Below are positions 37,944 through 51,808 of a stretch of DNA of 64,000 nucleotides, piece by piece (within the stretch, counting starts at the first letter, position 1; each line of letters begins with the position of its first letter). A program made the translations under genes and the position numbers. Under the pieces are notes generated by a model. The model was not told where the DNA came from. It did not search any database and saw only the letters and a program-made list of their open reading frames with translations. The stretch is from Chiloscyllium plagiosum (Eukaryota): assembly GCF_004010195.1 (NCBI RefSeq), contig NC_057718.1, forward strand, positions 53,554,009-53,618,008, written 5' to 3'.

Positions 37944-38974
37944 CTGTGACAAAGCTTTGTCTGGCACAAAGGAAAATTGATGAACTTGGTAGTTTTCCTG
38001 CACAGACATCTGATTGGTAGCTTTCAACATAAAAAGTCAAATATTCCAATTTAAAATTACATCCATAGTTTAAATTACTTTAAATATATCATTCAGTAAT
38101 GAATAAGCTGAAATATAGTAAGTTTTGCTCTGAAGCAGCAAACTTAGTCATGACATTGATATTTTAAATCTACCAGACAAGACTGAGATATGGACCATAC
38201 ATCTAGTAGGTCTGCCGAGTGATTTGATCTACATGTGCCTCTCTGAGATTGTAGACTTTCCCAAATAGTCATGTCTCCTCATTTACAATCCCTCCAAACA
38301 TTGTCAGAGCTGGCACTTCCTACATCTGTGATATTGTAATGTTTTATAGTCTGTTTTCTGCTATCTTGAGCTCCTTGCAAACTACATTGAGCTCCTAGAA
38401 ACAGATGCACTTTATTTGTCCCATCTCATGACTTACAAAGAAAAAAAAACACTTCAAATCATGATGTGGGGATGCATAGTGAAATATAATTTGTATCTGC
38501 TTTTACCAGAGCATAAAATACAGTCTGCATTTTCACGACTGAAAACACTCTGAAAATGTAAATCTGGTTGATCTCACAGATGCAAACAGAGTGCATTTGC
38601 ATTATCACAATTTCAGATTTTGTCTTACATGTTCAAAGGTCTCCAATTTAAAGTGTTTATTTCACTGAGATGCTAATTTGAGTTTTCTAAGTGGCACAGG
38701 ATTATATTCTTTATGTTCTGGCAGTTATCTTTCTGCATACAAACTGCATTTTTATCAATAGGATAATTTATAAAGCCGATTCAATGCTTTGGAGACTCAT
38801 TCATAGATTTGTTTCATTCAGCTTTATTTTTTGGGGGCTTCCTTCATCACTGTGACCTGTTGACTATTAGTGATATCTATGCCACTTAAGCAAGGAACAG
38901 AAGGTCAAAAAGGAATGTCCACGTTCTAGGTTAACTAGGCAACACAGGAGGCATCGAAAATCAGGAACTTGATT

Positions 38975-39785
38975 AGTGGTGGCTGGAGTTTAATTTAGAT
39001 AAATGTGAGGTGTTGCATTTTGGTAAGGCAAATCAGGGTAAGACATATGCACTTAATGACCAGGTCCTGGAGAGCGTTGCTGAACAGAGATCTTGGAGTA
39101 CAGGTTCATAGTTCCTTGAAAGTGGAGTAGAAGTTAGACAGGGTAGTGAAAAATACATTTTGTACGCTTACCTTTAATGGTCAGTACATTGAGTATAGGA
39201 ACTGGGATGTCATGTTGCAGCTGTACAGGACATTGGTTAGGCCACATTTGGAATACTGCATTCAATTCTGATCTCCCTGCTATAGGAAAGATGTTGTTAA
39301 ACTTCAAAAGGTTCAGAAAAGATTTGCAAGGATGTTTCTGGGTTGAAGGGTTTGAGCTGTAAGGAGAGGCTGAATAGGCTGCAATTATTTTCCCTGGTGG
39401 GTTGGAAGCTGAGGGATAACCTTGAAGAGATTTATAAAATCATGAAAGGGATGTATAAGGTGAATAGCTAAGGTCTTTTTCTCAGGGTAGACCATAGGTT
39501 TAGGTGAGAGGGGAAAGATTTAAAAGGGACCTAAGGGGCAGCTTTTTCACACAGAATGTTGTGCATGTATGGAATGAGGTGCCAGAGGAAGTGGTGCAGA
39601 CTGGTACAGTTGCAACATTTAAAAGGTATCTGGATGGGTACATGAGTATGAAGAGTTTATAGGGATATGGGTCAAATGTTGGCACATGGGACTAGATTAA
39701 TTTAGGATATCTGACTGGCATGGATAAGTTGAACCAAAGGGTCTATTTTCATGCTGTACAACTCTATTACTGTATGACTGTATGA
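38975..39785 (+). mobile_element. CR1 LINE 3' fragment
   Basis: High similarity to the reverse complement of 11980-12820. Confidence 0.9.
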
Positions 39786-39951
39786 CCAAAGGCTGCATTC
39801 TGCATTCCATGTCCGTAGTTGAAGTCAGGAATTTCCTGACTTGCTAGACCCATTTGGTAAAATGTGTTTTGATGCATTCAATGTATGCTATGAGCTTGGT
39901 GGGGTGGGGAGGAGATGGAAGGCAGAAACGGGGCTGATTTGGATCCATTGA

Positions 39952-40165
39952 CGAGAAAGTGAGGTCTGCAGATGCTGGAGATCAGAGCTGAAAATGTGTT
40001 GCTGGAAAAGCGCAGCAGGTCAGGCAGCATCCAATGAGCAGGAGAATCGACGTTTCGGGTATAAGCCCTTCTTCCTGAAGAAGGGCTTATGCCCGAAACG
40101 TCAATTCTCCTGCTCATTGGATGCTGCCTGACCTGCTGCGCTTTTCCAGCAACACATTTTCAGCT
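39952..40165. mobile_element. palindromic PLE terminal fragment with intact plus-strand hammerhead core (40075-40102)
   Basis: Near-perfect ~85-bp inverted arms; duplicated ttggatccattgac flanks; CUGAAGAAGGGCUUAUGCCCGAAACGUC. Confidence 0.9.
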
Positions 40166-40585
40166 TGGATCCATTGACCCCAGGACAAGAGCTATACCAA
40201 CCAATCAAGTGAGAAGGCTTACATTGATTCCCTGGGATTTCACCTTGGTTGTATTTGCAGATTTTGGCCCCTCTATCAGGTCCTCCACTGGTAAACTGGA
40301 TTCTTGCCAGTTACATTAAATTCCACAGACATTGTTATTGTAAAGGGGGCAACATTAATTCACTCTGACTGAAGTAGGACTGCTAAAATTAAGGAAACCA
40401 GTTTGACTCCAGTCGACTAGACTTTGGGAATGAATTATGTCCATGACCGCTTGGGATAAACAAAGGAGAAAGCAACTTGCTTGGTTTTGTACTGAGCAAA
40501 CCTTCACCTTTTCCTAGATCTAGCTGTCCAAATTCTGCCGCTCCCCCCATCACATCTGGCATTGCAGTGGCTAACCTATTATAGG

Positions 40586-40789
40586 AGCTGAAAATGTGTT
40601 GCTGGAAAAGCGCAGCAGGTCAGGCAGCATCCAAGGAGCAGGAGAATTGACGTTTCGGGCATGAGCCCTTCTTCAGGAATCCCGAAACGTCGATTCTCCT
40701 GCTCCTTGGATGCTGCCTGACCTGCTGCGCTTTTCCAGCAACACATTTTCAGCTCTGATCTCCAGCATCTGCAGTCCTCACTTTCTCCT
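40586..40789. mobile_element. palindromic PLE terminal fragment with intact minus-strand hammerhead core (40649-40676)
   Basis: Inverted arms; flanks taacctattataggagc / taatctattataggagc. Confidence 0.9.
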
Positions 40790-41184
40790 CTAATCTATTA
40801 TAGGAGCCTACTCACTTTCTGCTAAGTGTCTGCCTGAAGGATTTCTGATAGAGTCTGCCACAATAATCAATATTAAAACAGGAATTCTGTTTTATGACCT
40901 GACAGATTCACAATGTTAGGGCAACCTCAAACACTTTTCATTGTATTTTTCTTGTAAAAATACATATGACAATAAAATCTAAAGTCTAAGACCACCATAG
41001 ATTTTCCATCCCAATAACTCCCAAAACTGGATCTTGCCATTTTTTGGCTAAATCCAAGTTGCAGCAAATTTTTTTAGAATGTTTTCGGCTGTGAGGCGGA
41101 GAGAGGTTTATCGCCATATCTTATCGAACACACCTCATTAATTTCCTGCCACGCCTAAACATTGTTTGTCATGTTCAATTTTCA

Positions 41185-41390
41185 GGAGAAAGTGAGGACT
41201 ATTGATGCTGGAGAGTCAGAATTGATAAAGCATGGCGGTGGAAAATGCACGGTGGGTCAGGCAGCATCCAAGAGACGCAACATTTCGGGCAGGTATCTTC
41301 TTCAGGACAGACAGAAGAAGGGTCCTGCCTGAAACTTGGACTCTCTTGCTCCTCAGATGCTGCCTGACCTGCTGCGCTTTTTCCAGTGTC
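41185..41390. mobile_element. divergent palindromic PLE terminal fragment
   Basis: gagaaagtgaggact start and inverted ggtcaggcagcatc / gatgctgcctgacc arms. Confidence 0.75.
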
Positions 41391-42999
41391 CTGCTTCATG
41401 CTCAATTTTCACCCCATTTTACCACGCACTGATCCCTGGACCACTCACCAGTCGGCAGATATAAACCAAACACTGGTATCCCTTGCTTCTGCCCAATCTT
41501 CAAAAGTCCCTTTGCACATCCAGATGAGCACTGGAATTCTAAAGCTGCACCATTCAGTCAAAAGGAAACATAGTTTTAACATGTTGGAGAAGGGAAGATG
41601 GCAGCACGAGATTCTGATGGATGGGGTGGTCTAGAATGGAGGCCTGAGGACCAGCAGAGGAGGCTAATGCACCAGAACCTGCCAGCCTGGTCTTAGGTCA
41701 CCAACAAGGGCAGTGCCCCCTCCAGGGATGGGAGGAATGGCCAGCTTGAGTTACACAATCTTCTTTAGGAGAAGTGACACACTCCTCTTTCTGCCACCGC
41801 ATGCTTGCTCTGTCTCTGCGACTGCACCCATCTCCCAACAAGGCTTGTGTTCCACCACTCTTACTAATGCAACACATTCCATCACTCACACTCCCGCAGC
41901 CCCAACCTCCCACACCACATGATCTCTGAGCTCCCTCCTCAGTCCTTCACAATACCTCCTCACCTTTCCCCCACATGCACCAGTACTAACAGCTGGACCA
42001 TCTATTACAATCCACACAGTCCCTCCATGTTTTCTTTGCACAGAATAAGACAGCCATAACAGGGAAGAGAGAGCCTGTGCATCTAGAAAGATGCCCAACC
42101 AGAGCATTCTGGCCCTTACAGGAGAAGACTGGGGCCGCCCTACACAATTGCCTAGAAGTCCATGTCCTGTCAAACAAGAACGTTTCATTCCATAGCAATC
42201 CTCACATTAGCCCCATTGTCATTGTTTATCACAGCACACCACTTCCAACCACTGACCGTGATGCCTCTCTCTCTCCCTCGCGCGCTCTCTCTGTTATCTT
42301 ACAGGTTTCACTCAGCTCAACCGTTGCCTCTGTGGGGAAACTCTTGGTTCCACCAGAAGCACTCTCCTCTGAGGGCAAGACTACTGAGGCCTCCGAGGAA
42401 TTATTTGGCAAAGCTGTCTCTACTTCCTTCACTGGCCCCAGGCACTGACACAGCAAGGACCCTCTGCACTCTGCGCCCAGGACACTGCAGAGAGTGCTGG
42501 ATCTTTCACTTCCGTCCTGCCTCCCCCTCCAACCCTTGGAAGTTTAAGAAAAGGAGGGTCAAGTTGCCTCTGGCAAAAGTCCATCTAGACACAAGCACCA
42601 TCAAACCTCCGGGGTTAACAAGCTGAACAGGCTCTCTCCTATCCAGCTGAAAAGGGACAAAGAAGGAAACCTATTCCCTGGTGGCACATATGAAACTGGC
42701 TTATTTGACACCCTCAGTTTCTGCATAAATGTTCCTATGTTAAATCTCATATGATTGTGAGTTTGTCTGTGCAGGAACTAAATGCACTTTCACACGAATT
42801 GGCAGCACCGCATGACTACAGACCTGCTCTGAGAGCTGACTGTACCATCTGGAAGCAGGACAACAATGGTACACATGGCATTGGGTTATAAGGACAGCTG
42901 TCTTCCCTCTTTCAACATCTCTATTGGTTGGATCCCTCTGTGCACAAGGGTGGAGCTGTCAATGAGTGCCCAGCAGTGGCTACACCAGGGAGGTGCAAC

Positions 43000-43800
43000 A
43001 TACATAAAGAGTTAGTTTCAATTTCAAAAAAAGATTGAGTTTTGTGGATCAGCTCATTATCATCAGGTGTATTGCTCACTGTCTAGCAATTACAACCCTT
43101 TTGTCCTCAATGTGGATTATTTTAATGGAATTTTTTATACTTTTAGAGAATAATCTCTTGAAGATCTTCATACATGACTTCAGCTCTTAATGTTCATATC
43201 CATCTCTCAAAATTACTTGTTTAACCCTTTCATATTCAAAGTAGATTTTCCCAGGCTGGATCCTTAAATTCTGGAAGCTCTGCCTATATGCCTTGGCTGC
43301 TATTATAGCTCACTTTACAATGGCATACTCACAAGAAAATTCCTCTGACAGTGAAGCATATTTCCTCTGCTTTACCTATCAACTTACTCTACTTTGGCAA
43401 CATCCAGGATTCCTTTGGCCAATTTATTTGTCTTGCTGTTTTGTTTAATTACATGAAAAAAATGCCTCCACATTCTTTACCTCAAATTTTGGTAGGGCTT
43501 GTACAAGCTGACCCATTTCCTTACTGGCCTCAGGTTATTACTCAGACTCAACAGAGCCTATACTGACACCTGACTTTTTTTTAATTGCAACATTTTATGC
43601 TTAAATTCCCTATCACTCTCTTCCTTTTCCTTCTGCAATTCTAAGTCTCGTCTTCCCATTTCCATTTCACTTCCATTGTCTTTTTCTTCCTTTGCCCTTT
43701 TGAATTCCATCTCCAGGTCCCCACACTGCAATACTGCTTTTGACCTACTATGCCTGGACCCCAAGTCTTTTGACTTGGCTGAGGGCTACTTGCCTTAGCC
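43000..43800 (-). mobile_element. Gypsy-type LTR retrotransposon gag remnant
   Basis: E/K/R-rich coiled coil (ORF 43558-43764) followed by decayed LVPKF.E..VEAFF and W..LP-like motifs. Confidence 0.5.
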
Positions 43801-45265
43801 ATTTGTTAAAGCACATGCTGTGTGTTTGTACTGTATGCTGCTGGTGTATAGTACAAGTCTAAGACTGAAGTCAGCCAGTGCCATACAGCAACATGCCTAC
43901 CCCCTTAACTGATCAATGGCAAGCTGCCTGGCTTTGAATCTGCACTAAACAACAAATAAGACAAAAGAACTGTGAGCCTTTAAACTCTGGCACAGGGCAA
44001 GACACAAAATGGCAAGTCAAAGTAATACATGACAAAGAAAGGCAAGGACATTGTGAGCATTGAAGTAGGTACTAATACAGCAAGCGAAAAGCCTGAAGGT
44101 GTACCCTCGTCCGATCCATGAGGTTTGACTTTGTAACTAACAAAAACACCTAATTGCTTTCCCAGCCACTGAATGGCTCTTTGAACATTAAAATTAGTCT
44201 TGAAAAAAGTTGCCCTCTCTATTTTAATCCAGCCCCCACTGTCTCTCCCTCTCTCTCCTTCACCTCTGGCCATCTGCATTGCTCTTAATGGGCTCTGCAT
44301 GTAAATAAATTATTTGCAAAATAAGGGTGATTTACTAGTGGTGGTTGATAGATTTTTTAAAAAGTACCATTGGTGATTTGGTGATGGAGAGTAAAACGTT
44401 CAGTTGAGTGTAATAGCACATCCAGATATGTAAAAAATAAAATAACAACCTGAACACTTAAAGGTTTACCTAACAGAAATGAAAACTAAACTGTTTTAAA
44501 AAAATATATATTCATAAAATGTTATTTCAAACTTATGTAGAATCCTAAACATTTAATAATGTTATCAGTATCTTACAGTACAATTTCAGTCAATTTTTGA
44601 AAATTCCTTGACATTCTCTTGTGGGAAAGATACTCTACCCTGATTACACTCTCCCCTTTGGTATCATTCTTTCATGGCACAATAGTTCAGTATGTTGTGA
44701 TTTCACTGTATGTGTTGGGAATTTGACAGTTTGATATCAGAGCAAAAGCAGAAAGAATGAAATTCAAAAATATTACACCCATACTCTCCAACTATGAAAT
44801 CCACCATCATTCACCAAGGCTGAACAACAGGATGCATAAAGTTATAAACAAGACATAATTATCATTCTAAATCATTGAAGACAGCCATTAATGATACAAA
44901 TTAGCAATTCATTTTCATATTTCAGAGAAGAAATCAAACAGAGGCATTGATTCACTGTGTTATTCGAAGAGGATCATAGAATTCTCATGGTGTTTTGCCA
45001 GCATTTAAACTTCAAGCAAAACTGACAAAAAAATGAGAATTAATTTGGAAAACCTGTGAAAATAGATGTAGGGATTGCAATATATAATGTAATGGTGGCA
45101 ACATGGTGACTTTGGGCTATCTGCTGGGTTATATAACTTCTATGTGCTGTCAATGTTCACCTTGCATGCATCAACCAATACTTGGGGTTAAAGGTAAGTG
45201 GAACTACTGAAACCAAACCTTAAAGAGAAGGTGTATTGTTCCTGCAGACATCATTCAATGTACTA

Positions 45266-45570
45266 TGGTATGGTCGCTCAGTGGTTGGCACAGCTGCCCC
45301 ACAACATCAGGGACCTGTGTTCGATTCCAACCTCAGGCAAATGTCTGTGTGGTGTTTACACACTCCTCCATGTGTCTGCATGCATTTCCTCCGGGTGCTC
45401 CGGTTTCCTTTCATATTCCAAAGATGTGCAAGTTAGGTGGATTGGCCATGGGGAATGCAGGGTTACAGGGATGGGGGTAGGTCTGGCTGGGATGCTATTC
45501 AGAGCATTGGTGTGGACTTGATGGGCCAAATGGCCTGCTTCCACACTGCAGGGATTCTATGATTTTATGA
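45266..45570 (+). mobile_element. HE1-type SINE variant
   Basis: A/B boxes, SINE core, CR1-like tail. Confidence 0.8.
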
Positions 45571-46124
45571 CAAATGTCCCACTACTTGTGAAATTTTCAA
45601 GGGTGCTGTGGGAGGCAGAGATAATTGCTTCATCATGTGTCATGTAGGGAAGGTGATGGGCTCCACTGAATGGAATGAAAAGTTGAATGATCGACGTGGG
45701 TCTAGAATGAGAAGGTGATTGAGTGTAGCATGCCCTCCCTTTTCAATGTGTTGCTCACTCTGCTGTTATTGCACCTGCAGCAAGTCGGTGCACTAGCTGT
45801 GACTGGGACAGTATAGGAGCAGACGATAGGCCTGCCTCCACTGCTCAGACCAGTCTAGGAGTGCTCTCCAGTTTAGCCTAGACAGAAGATGCTGCATCAT
45901 CCTGGTATTCTGTGTGCTATTAATTCAGGCAACAGGGCGATGTACTGGATGCTAAAGAGCTGGGGAATGTGCGCAGTCTTTGAGGAGGAAAGCAGGAACA
46001 CAGGGGAAGAGAGAGTTCTCCTTGTGCTGTGTTGGCTGCTACAAGTCAGACAGAACCTGATTGACACCACTTCCAATAGATGAGAGCCGCATGCAGCAGA
46101 CCATTATCGAATGTGGGCAGAAGT

Positions 46125-47401
46125 AGTTACTGCAGATGTTGGAAATCAGGATTAGAGTGGTGCTGGAAAAGCACAGCAAGTCAGGCAGCATCCAACGAGC
46201 AGGAAAATCAATGTTTCGAGCAAAAGCCCTTCATCAGGAATGAAGGCAGTGAGCCTCTGGGGTGGAGAGATAAATGGGAAGGGGTTGGGGCTGGGGAGAA
46301 AGTAGCCAAGAGTACAATAGGTGGATGGAGATGGGGATGAAGGTGATAGGTCAGAAGGGAGGGTGGAGTGGATAGGTGGGAAGGGAGATTAACAGGTAGG
46401 ACAGGTCATGAGGACAGAGATGAGCTGGAAGGTTGGAACTGGGGTAAGGTGGGGGGGAGGGGAACTGAGGAAACTGTTGAAGTCCACATTGATACCCTGG
46501 GGTTGAAGTGTTTCGAGGCGGAAGATGAGGCGTTCTTCCTCCAGGCATCGGGTGGTGAGGNNNNNNNNNNNNNNNNNNNNNNNNNNNNNNNNNNNNNNNN
46601 NNNNNNNNNNNNNNNNNNNNNNNNNNNNNNNNNNNNNNNNNNNNNNNNNNNNNNNNNNNNGTGGGTTGTTGGGGAGCATAGACCTGATGAGGTAGTCATG
46701 GAGGGAATGGTCATTGCGAAAGCGGATAGGGGTGGGGAGGGAAATATATCCCTGGTGCTGGGGTCCTTTTAGAGGTGGCGGAAATGTCGGCGGATAATGC
46801 AGTTTATGTGAAGGTTGGTGGGATGTAAGGTGAGGACTAGGGGGGTTCTGTCCTTGTTACAGTTAGAAGGGTGGGGTTTGAGGGTGGAGGTGCGGAATGT
46901 GGATGAGATGCGTTGAAGAGCATATTCAACCACATTGGAAGGCAAATTGTGGTCTTTAAAGAACGAGGCCATCTGGTGTGTTCTGTGGTGGAACTGGTCC
47001 TCCTGAGAGTAGATACAGCAGAGGTGGAGGAATTGGGAATATGGGATAGCATTTTTGCAGGAGGTAGGGTGGGAAGAGGTGTAATCCAGGTAGCTGTGGG
47101 AGTTGGTGGGTTTGTAAAAATGTTGGTGTCAAGTCGGTCATCATTAATGGAGACAGAGAGGTCCAGGAAGGGGAGGGAGGTGTCAGAGATGGTCCAGGTA
47201 AATTTAAGGTTGGGGTGGAATGTGTTGGTGAAGTTGATGAATTGCTTAACCTCCTTGCCGATGCAGTCATCAATGTAGCAGAGGAAGAGGTGGGGAGTGG
47301 TGCCAGTGTAATTACGGAAGATGGATTGTTCTACGTAGCCGACAAAGAGACAGGCATAGCTGGGGCCCATACGTGTGCCCATGGCTACCCTTTCGTCTGG
47401 A
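46125..47401 (-). mobile_element. Penelope-like element (Neptune-like): RT, endonuclease end and family A terminus
   Basis: MGTRMGPSYACLFVG...YIDDC...LPFLDL; LEEERLIFRLETLQPQGINVDF; hammerhead-like core at ~46211-46238. Confidence 0.9.
46561..46660. other. assembly gap (100 N)
   Basis: Run of n. Confidence 1.
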
Positions 47402-47609
47402 CATCTAATCCCTCCACACTTCCATTCACCATCACCATGGCCTCCAAGCCCGCCGTTTCTTCCTGTCCCGACGTCCCCTACAGTACCCTTCCATTGACAC
47501 TCTCATTTGTTTGCCTGAACTGGTCCTCATCCTTAATAATTTCTCTTTCGAATCCTGCCACTTCCTCCAGATGAAACGGGTAACAATGGGCACTTGCACG
47601 GCACCAGTC

Positions 47610-47915
47610 CATAGATGAGTGTCATGCTTCTCAAACTTCTCTGGCTATCCTCTGTTTAGCTTGTCCTATCATCATTGTGTTGTCCCAGTCAAATTTGTGG
47701 TCCTTGTCATCTGTCTGTACAGTTACTAGGACAACTGGTCGTGGCGTTTAATGGTTAGTTGATGTTTGTCAATGCGGATTACTAGTTGTTTGCCTGTTTG
47801 CTTGATATAGTGTTTCGTGCAGTCTTTACATGCAATCATGTAAATTATGTTAGTCTTGCACATGATGGATATAGGGCCTTTTGTCCTGGTGAGTTGCCTG
47901 AACGTAGCCATCAGT
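47610..47915 (-). mobile_element. Penelope-like (Poseidon-like) GIY-YIG fragment
   Basis: NIIYMIACKDCTKHYIKQTGKQLVIRIDKHQL. Confidence 0.8.
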
Positions 47916-48193
47916 TTATGAGCTATCATGAATCCCAGTGGATGGAGTGCTTGGATCTAAACAGCAGGTCCCACCACCCTGGCAGGTTTTATTTTGCTGT
48001 CTGAACATTTGGCAGCGGCGCCCACATCAAAGCCAAATGTCAACAGGAGGAGGCCCTCAAGTTGGCATGAATTGACCACTTACAATTTTCAATGAACCCA
48101 CGAGTAAGGAGGCCACTCCAACACTCAGGTAAACCCCCAACAAGACCAGACAGATGACAAGCAGGGTAGAGATACCACAGACATCAAATTTTA

Positions 48194-48290
48194 GTGTATG
48201 TGCGCATGTGCGTGCGTGTGTGTGTGTTGTCTGTATGTGCATGTGTATGTGTTAGCATGTGTGTGTGTTTGAGTGAGTGAGTGAATGAGA
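48194..48290 (+). repeat. degenerate (TG)n/(TGAG)n microsatellite
   Basis: Directly visible. Confidence 0.8.
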
Positions 48291-50389
48291 GAAATGTTGG
48301 GGCACTATAAATTAATGTTGAGCTGAATTTTAACAGCATGTTGGGGAAAGTCTGATGGGTGGGGAACATAATCAATTATTTAATTGCTTGTTTTTGATTT
48401 TGTGAATATGTTGACTGCAATCTGTTGCTGTTAGACAGGCCTGGGTATAGTACACAGAAATAAAAAATATTTTTATTTCTGCGAGGGATGAAACATAAAG
48501 CAGAGGCTGGTAAATGACACAGGAAGGTATCACATGGTTGGCCCAACATCCTTTAGTAAGTGGAGGGAAATCTGGTGGATAGAGCCCAAATTAGCCACTT
48601 TAATGACAAATTAGGGGGTCTCTCCCTTTCTGTGCTAACATTTTACTCATGGCTGGTAGACCCTCTGTTGTGTGAAAAGACTGCTGGGTCAATCTTGGAA
48701 GCATCACAATGGGTTTTAATGGATTCCTTCCCTGTTGAGTGGTCTTTCGTCCACAGAGGTGCACAAGCTGACAATGGCTGTAACTACCTACCACCAGAGA
48801 TGCTGTTGAGTTACTAGTGCTCTGAATGGCCCAACAGCCCTGGGCTGCAAGGATGGAAGCCCCAGCAGCCATAACACAATTGGCAAAATGCAGCTCATGT
48901 CCCATGGGCATATCGAGAGAGGCTGCCCTCCTGCTTTCAGCTCTGGGAATTGGACATCAGATGCCGTGACATGCTTCTGGCCTCTGTTTCTCTCTCCATA
49001 GACACTGGCAGCTATGCTGTTTATTTCCTGCTGTTTCTGTTTTATTTCAAGTTGTCAATATTTGTGTTATTTTACTTTCAGCTATGTCATGGAGTCATAG
49101 CCTTAGTCTTTATTTAGCTTTTCACAGAATAATTGAAATGGGACTACTTATCAGTGCTTTTTAATTCCTGGTTTTCTGCCTGTAAGAATTTTCAATGTGA
49201 ATAGCTGTTTAGCGTGCTTGATGACATGTTACTGGATGTCGGAGATCCCCTATAGGTGCCACCGGAATCAAATTGACATTGGTATAGTTGAAAATGACAC
49301 GAGGATGGACTCTTCAAAGTTACTATTCTTCAAGGTCAACAGTGAGCACCATCACTTGGCAGCTGACCTTAATATCTGAATCGGTTTGTGCAGTCAAAAT
49401 TTAAGAACTGTTTCAATCAGAGATGTGTGTTTGCTTTTCAACTTACCCAGTTATCAGGCACTGATGATATCTTATTTATCAGTTATTACAGAGGACAACA
49501 TTTTGATTTTTTGCCAAGGTAGCCATTTAGATCAAAGTAACAAATGACCTCTGCATCCCACATATTGTTTCTCTCTCTCTGATGCATCCCATCCGTTATT
49601 AAGCCTTGACAATCAAAGTTATTTTTTATTTATCTTCAGTATAGTATAGGTATCTATCTTGAAACAGAATGCACGTCTTTGTTTGACATTCTGCACAACT
49701 CATTCCGAATATTTTAATCTAGGCTATCATTATTGGGGAATTTTCCGCTCTATTTACAAGCGCAAGGAATAATTTGTTCAGAATTTTCTTTTATTTGCCT
49801 TTGTTTCCACAGAGGCTATGAAAGTTTTTCAAACTTTTTCTGATTACAGGCCTTAAACAATTCTTCCTCCATCATTACACAATGCTATTTTCATCGAGAA
49901 AATAGGGGGAAAGAAACGCTCCCTCCTCATCGTTGCTGATAACAGCAACCTAGGTACATAACAACAATCAAAATAATCTGTAAAGTTGTCACTGCAATTG
50001 CATCAACAAATATTCTTTTTGAAGAATTATGGTCGAAATGTATGGGCAGGTTGGGATTGTTAATAACTAGCAACTACACTGGGGAAAAAAAAAGGTACAT
50101 TAGCTATCATCACAGAACCATCACGTAGGCCTGAGGAGATTAACTAGGAATGGAAGCTGGCATGTATTGTGGCAAAAGTTAAAGAGATTTAGGAGTGACA
50201 TTGACCACCAGGCTTTTTACACTAATGTTGGTTGTACGCAAAATATTTCAACCTATCCCAGGGTGTAGCCTGGAAAAAAAACTCTTGTGCAAGAAATAGA
50301 CAAGGATTTATAACACCGTACTTAAAAAAAAAAATCCTGAATAAATATAGAGGGCAGCATTACACATAATTTTGCCCCTATTTCAGCTC

Positions 50390-50995
50390 AACTGTTACTG
50401 AAATCCATATCCACTTGCATTCCTTTTGCAATCTCTCACATTCCTTATTCCTAAACTCTCCTGTCTGACTTCCCACATTCAGCCCAACATAAACTTGAGG
50501 TCATCCAAAGTTCTGCTGCTGATGTCCTTACTCTCACCAAGCCCGTTATCCACCACACTTGCACTCTCTGACCAACATTGATTTCTGGTCAAGGAACACC
50601 ACACTTTGAAAATCCTCATCCTCAATTTCAAAGCTGTCCATTGTCATGCCTCTGCATTTCTCTTGCAATCTCCCCATCCCCAGAACTCTCTGAGGTATCA
50701 ACACTGCTCTAATTCTGGTCTTGTGGGGATCCTGTCTTGAAATCCCCCACCTCCTGGGGCTGAGCATTCAAATGCTTGGGTCCTGATCTTTGGAGATTCC
50801 TTGACATGCTTTTCAACCTAACTCATCTTATTCCTTTAACATGCTTCATAAACCAAATGTTTCACCAAACGTGGACAATCTTTCCTACTGTCATATCATA
50901 AGCGGCTTGTTGTCTAAGTTTACTTTATAATGTACCTATGAAGTGCCTTGGAAGATTTATGACATTAAAGGTATGTTATAAACAAAAATGCTATA
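50390..50995 (+). mobile_element. L2-type LINE 3' remnant
   Basis: KLEVIQSSAADVL and .FENPHP/FKIL-like motifs, tail gtgccttggaagattt...gttataaac. Confidence 0.5.
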
Positions 50996-51808
50996 CACTG
51001 TGATATAAATGTGTTATATAACATATGAATTTTTAATGTTATTGGCTTGATATGTTATGTAAATACCAATAGTTGGACCGTTTGAAAAGGCAGTTTTCAA
51101 AGTAAAGGATATTGGCCAACAGCAACTAAGATTTTGTATCTATAAAAGACATAAATTGCTTTTTGGGTGATACAGAATGCATAAAGCTCTCAGCTAAAGA
51201 CTCCATGACCTCAATTGTGAGTGTAAAAATAAGATACTGGACTTCAACTTCCAGTCAGAGACACTGCCACAGGAAAGGGGACAACAGGCTTACCCCCTTT
51301 TACTTTGATACCATTTTCATCAAAGCCAAGTTGCTTATGGTTTGCAGGTCTCACTGAAGGCTTCATTATGACAAACTGAATGTTCTTAAGGAAAAATTCC
51401 GAATCACCACCACTGTCTCTCCGGGAATGAGAAACAGCCCATTCACAATGACAAAGTGACTGCTCCAATGAGAATTCTTTTGCAGAAAACTACGGTGGTA
51501 TGTGGCCAATCAGTTGTCAACTAGCCTCTGGACAACCACCAATTTTGTCTCTTTACTGACTTTATTTGTTAATTGGCCACATTTTAAGTTCTGATACTCT
51601 ACAGAGTCTTTTTGTCCTTTATTGCATGTTTGAGAGCCTTTTTTTTATTAGTGGGAATTCTTACATATTTATAAATTTAATAAGTTTGTTAATAATTCTG
51701 CATCTTTGCCAGAGTGAGTTTTAGAAATTAAAATATCTTTCCATTAAACGAACCTAGCTGTCTTATTTCTTACACCAAGCTATACAGTGAAGTATATAAT
51801 TAATTAAC

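Noticed and set aside
41480..42900. Host gene in the ORF-rich region
   Set aside because: Looks like a decayed Harbinger Myb/SANT partner region, but too degraded to call.
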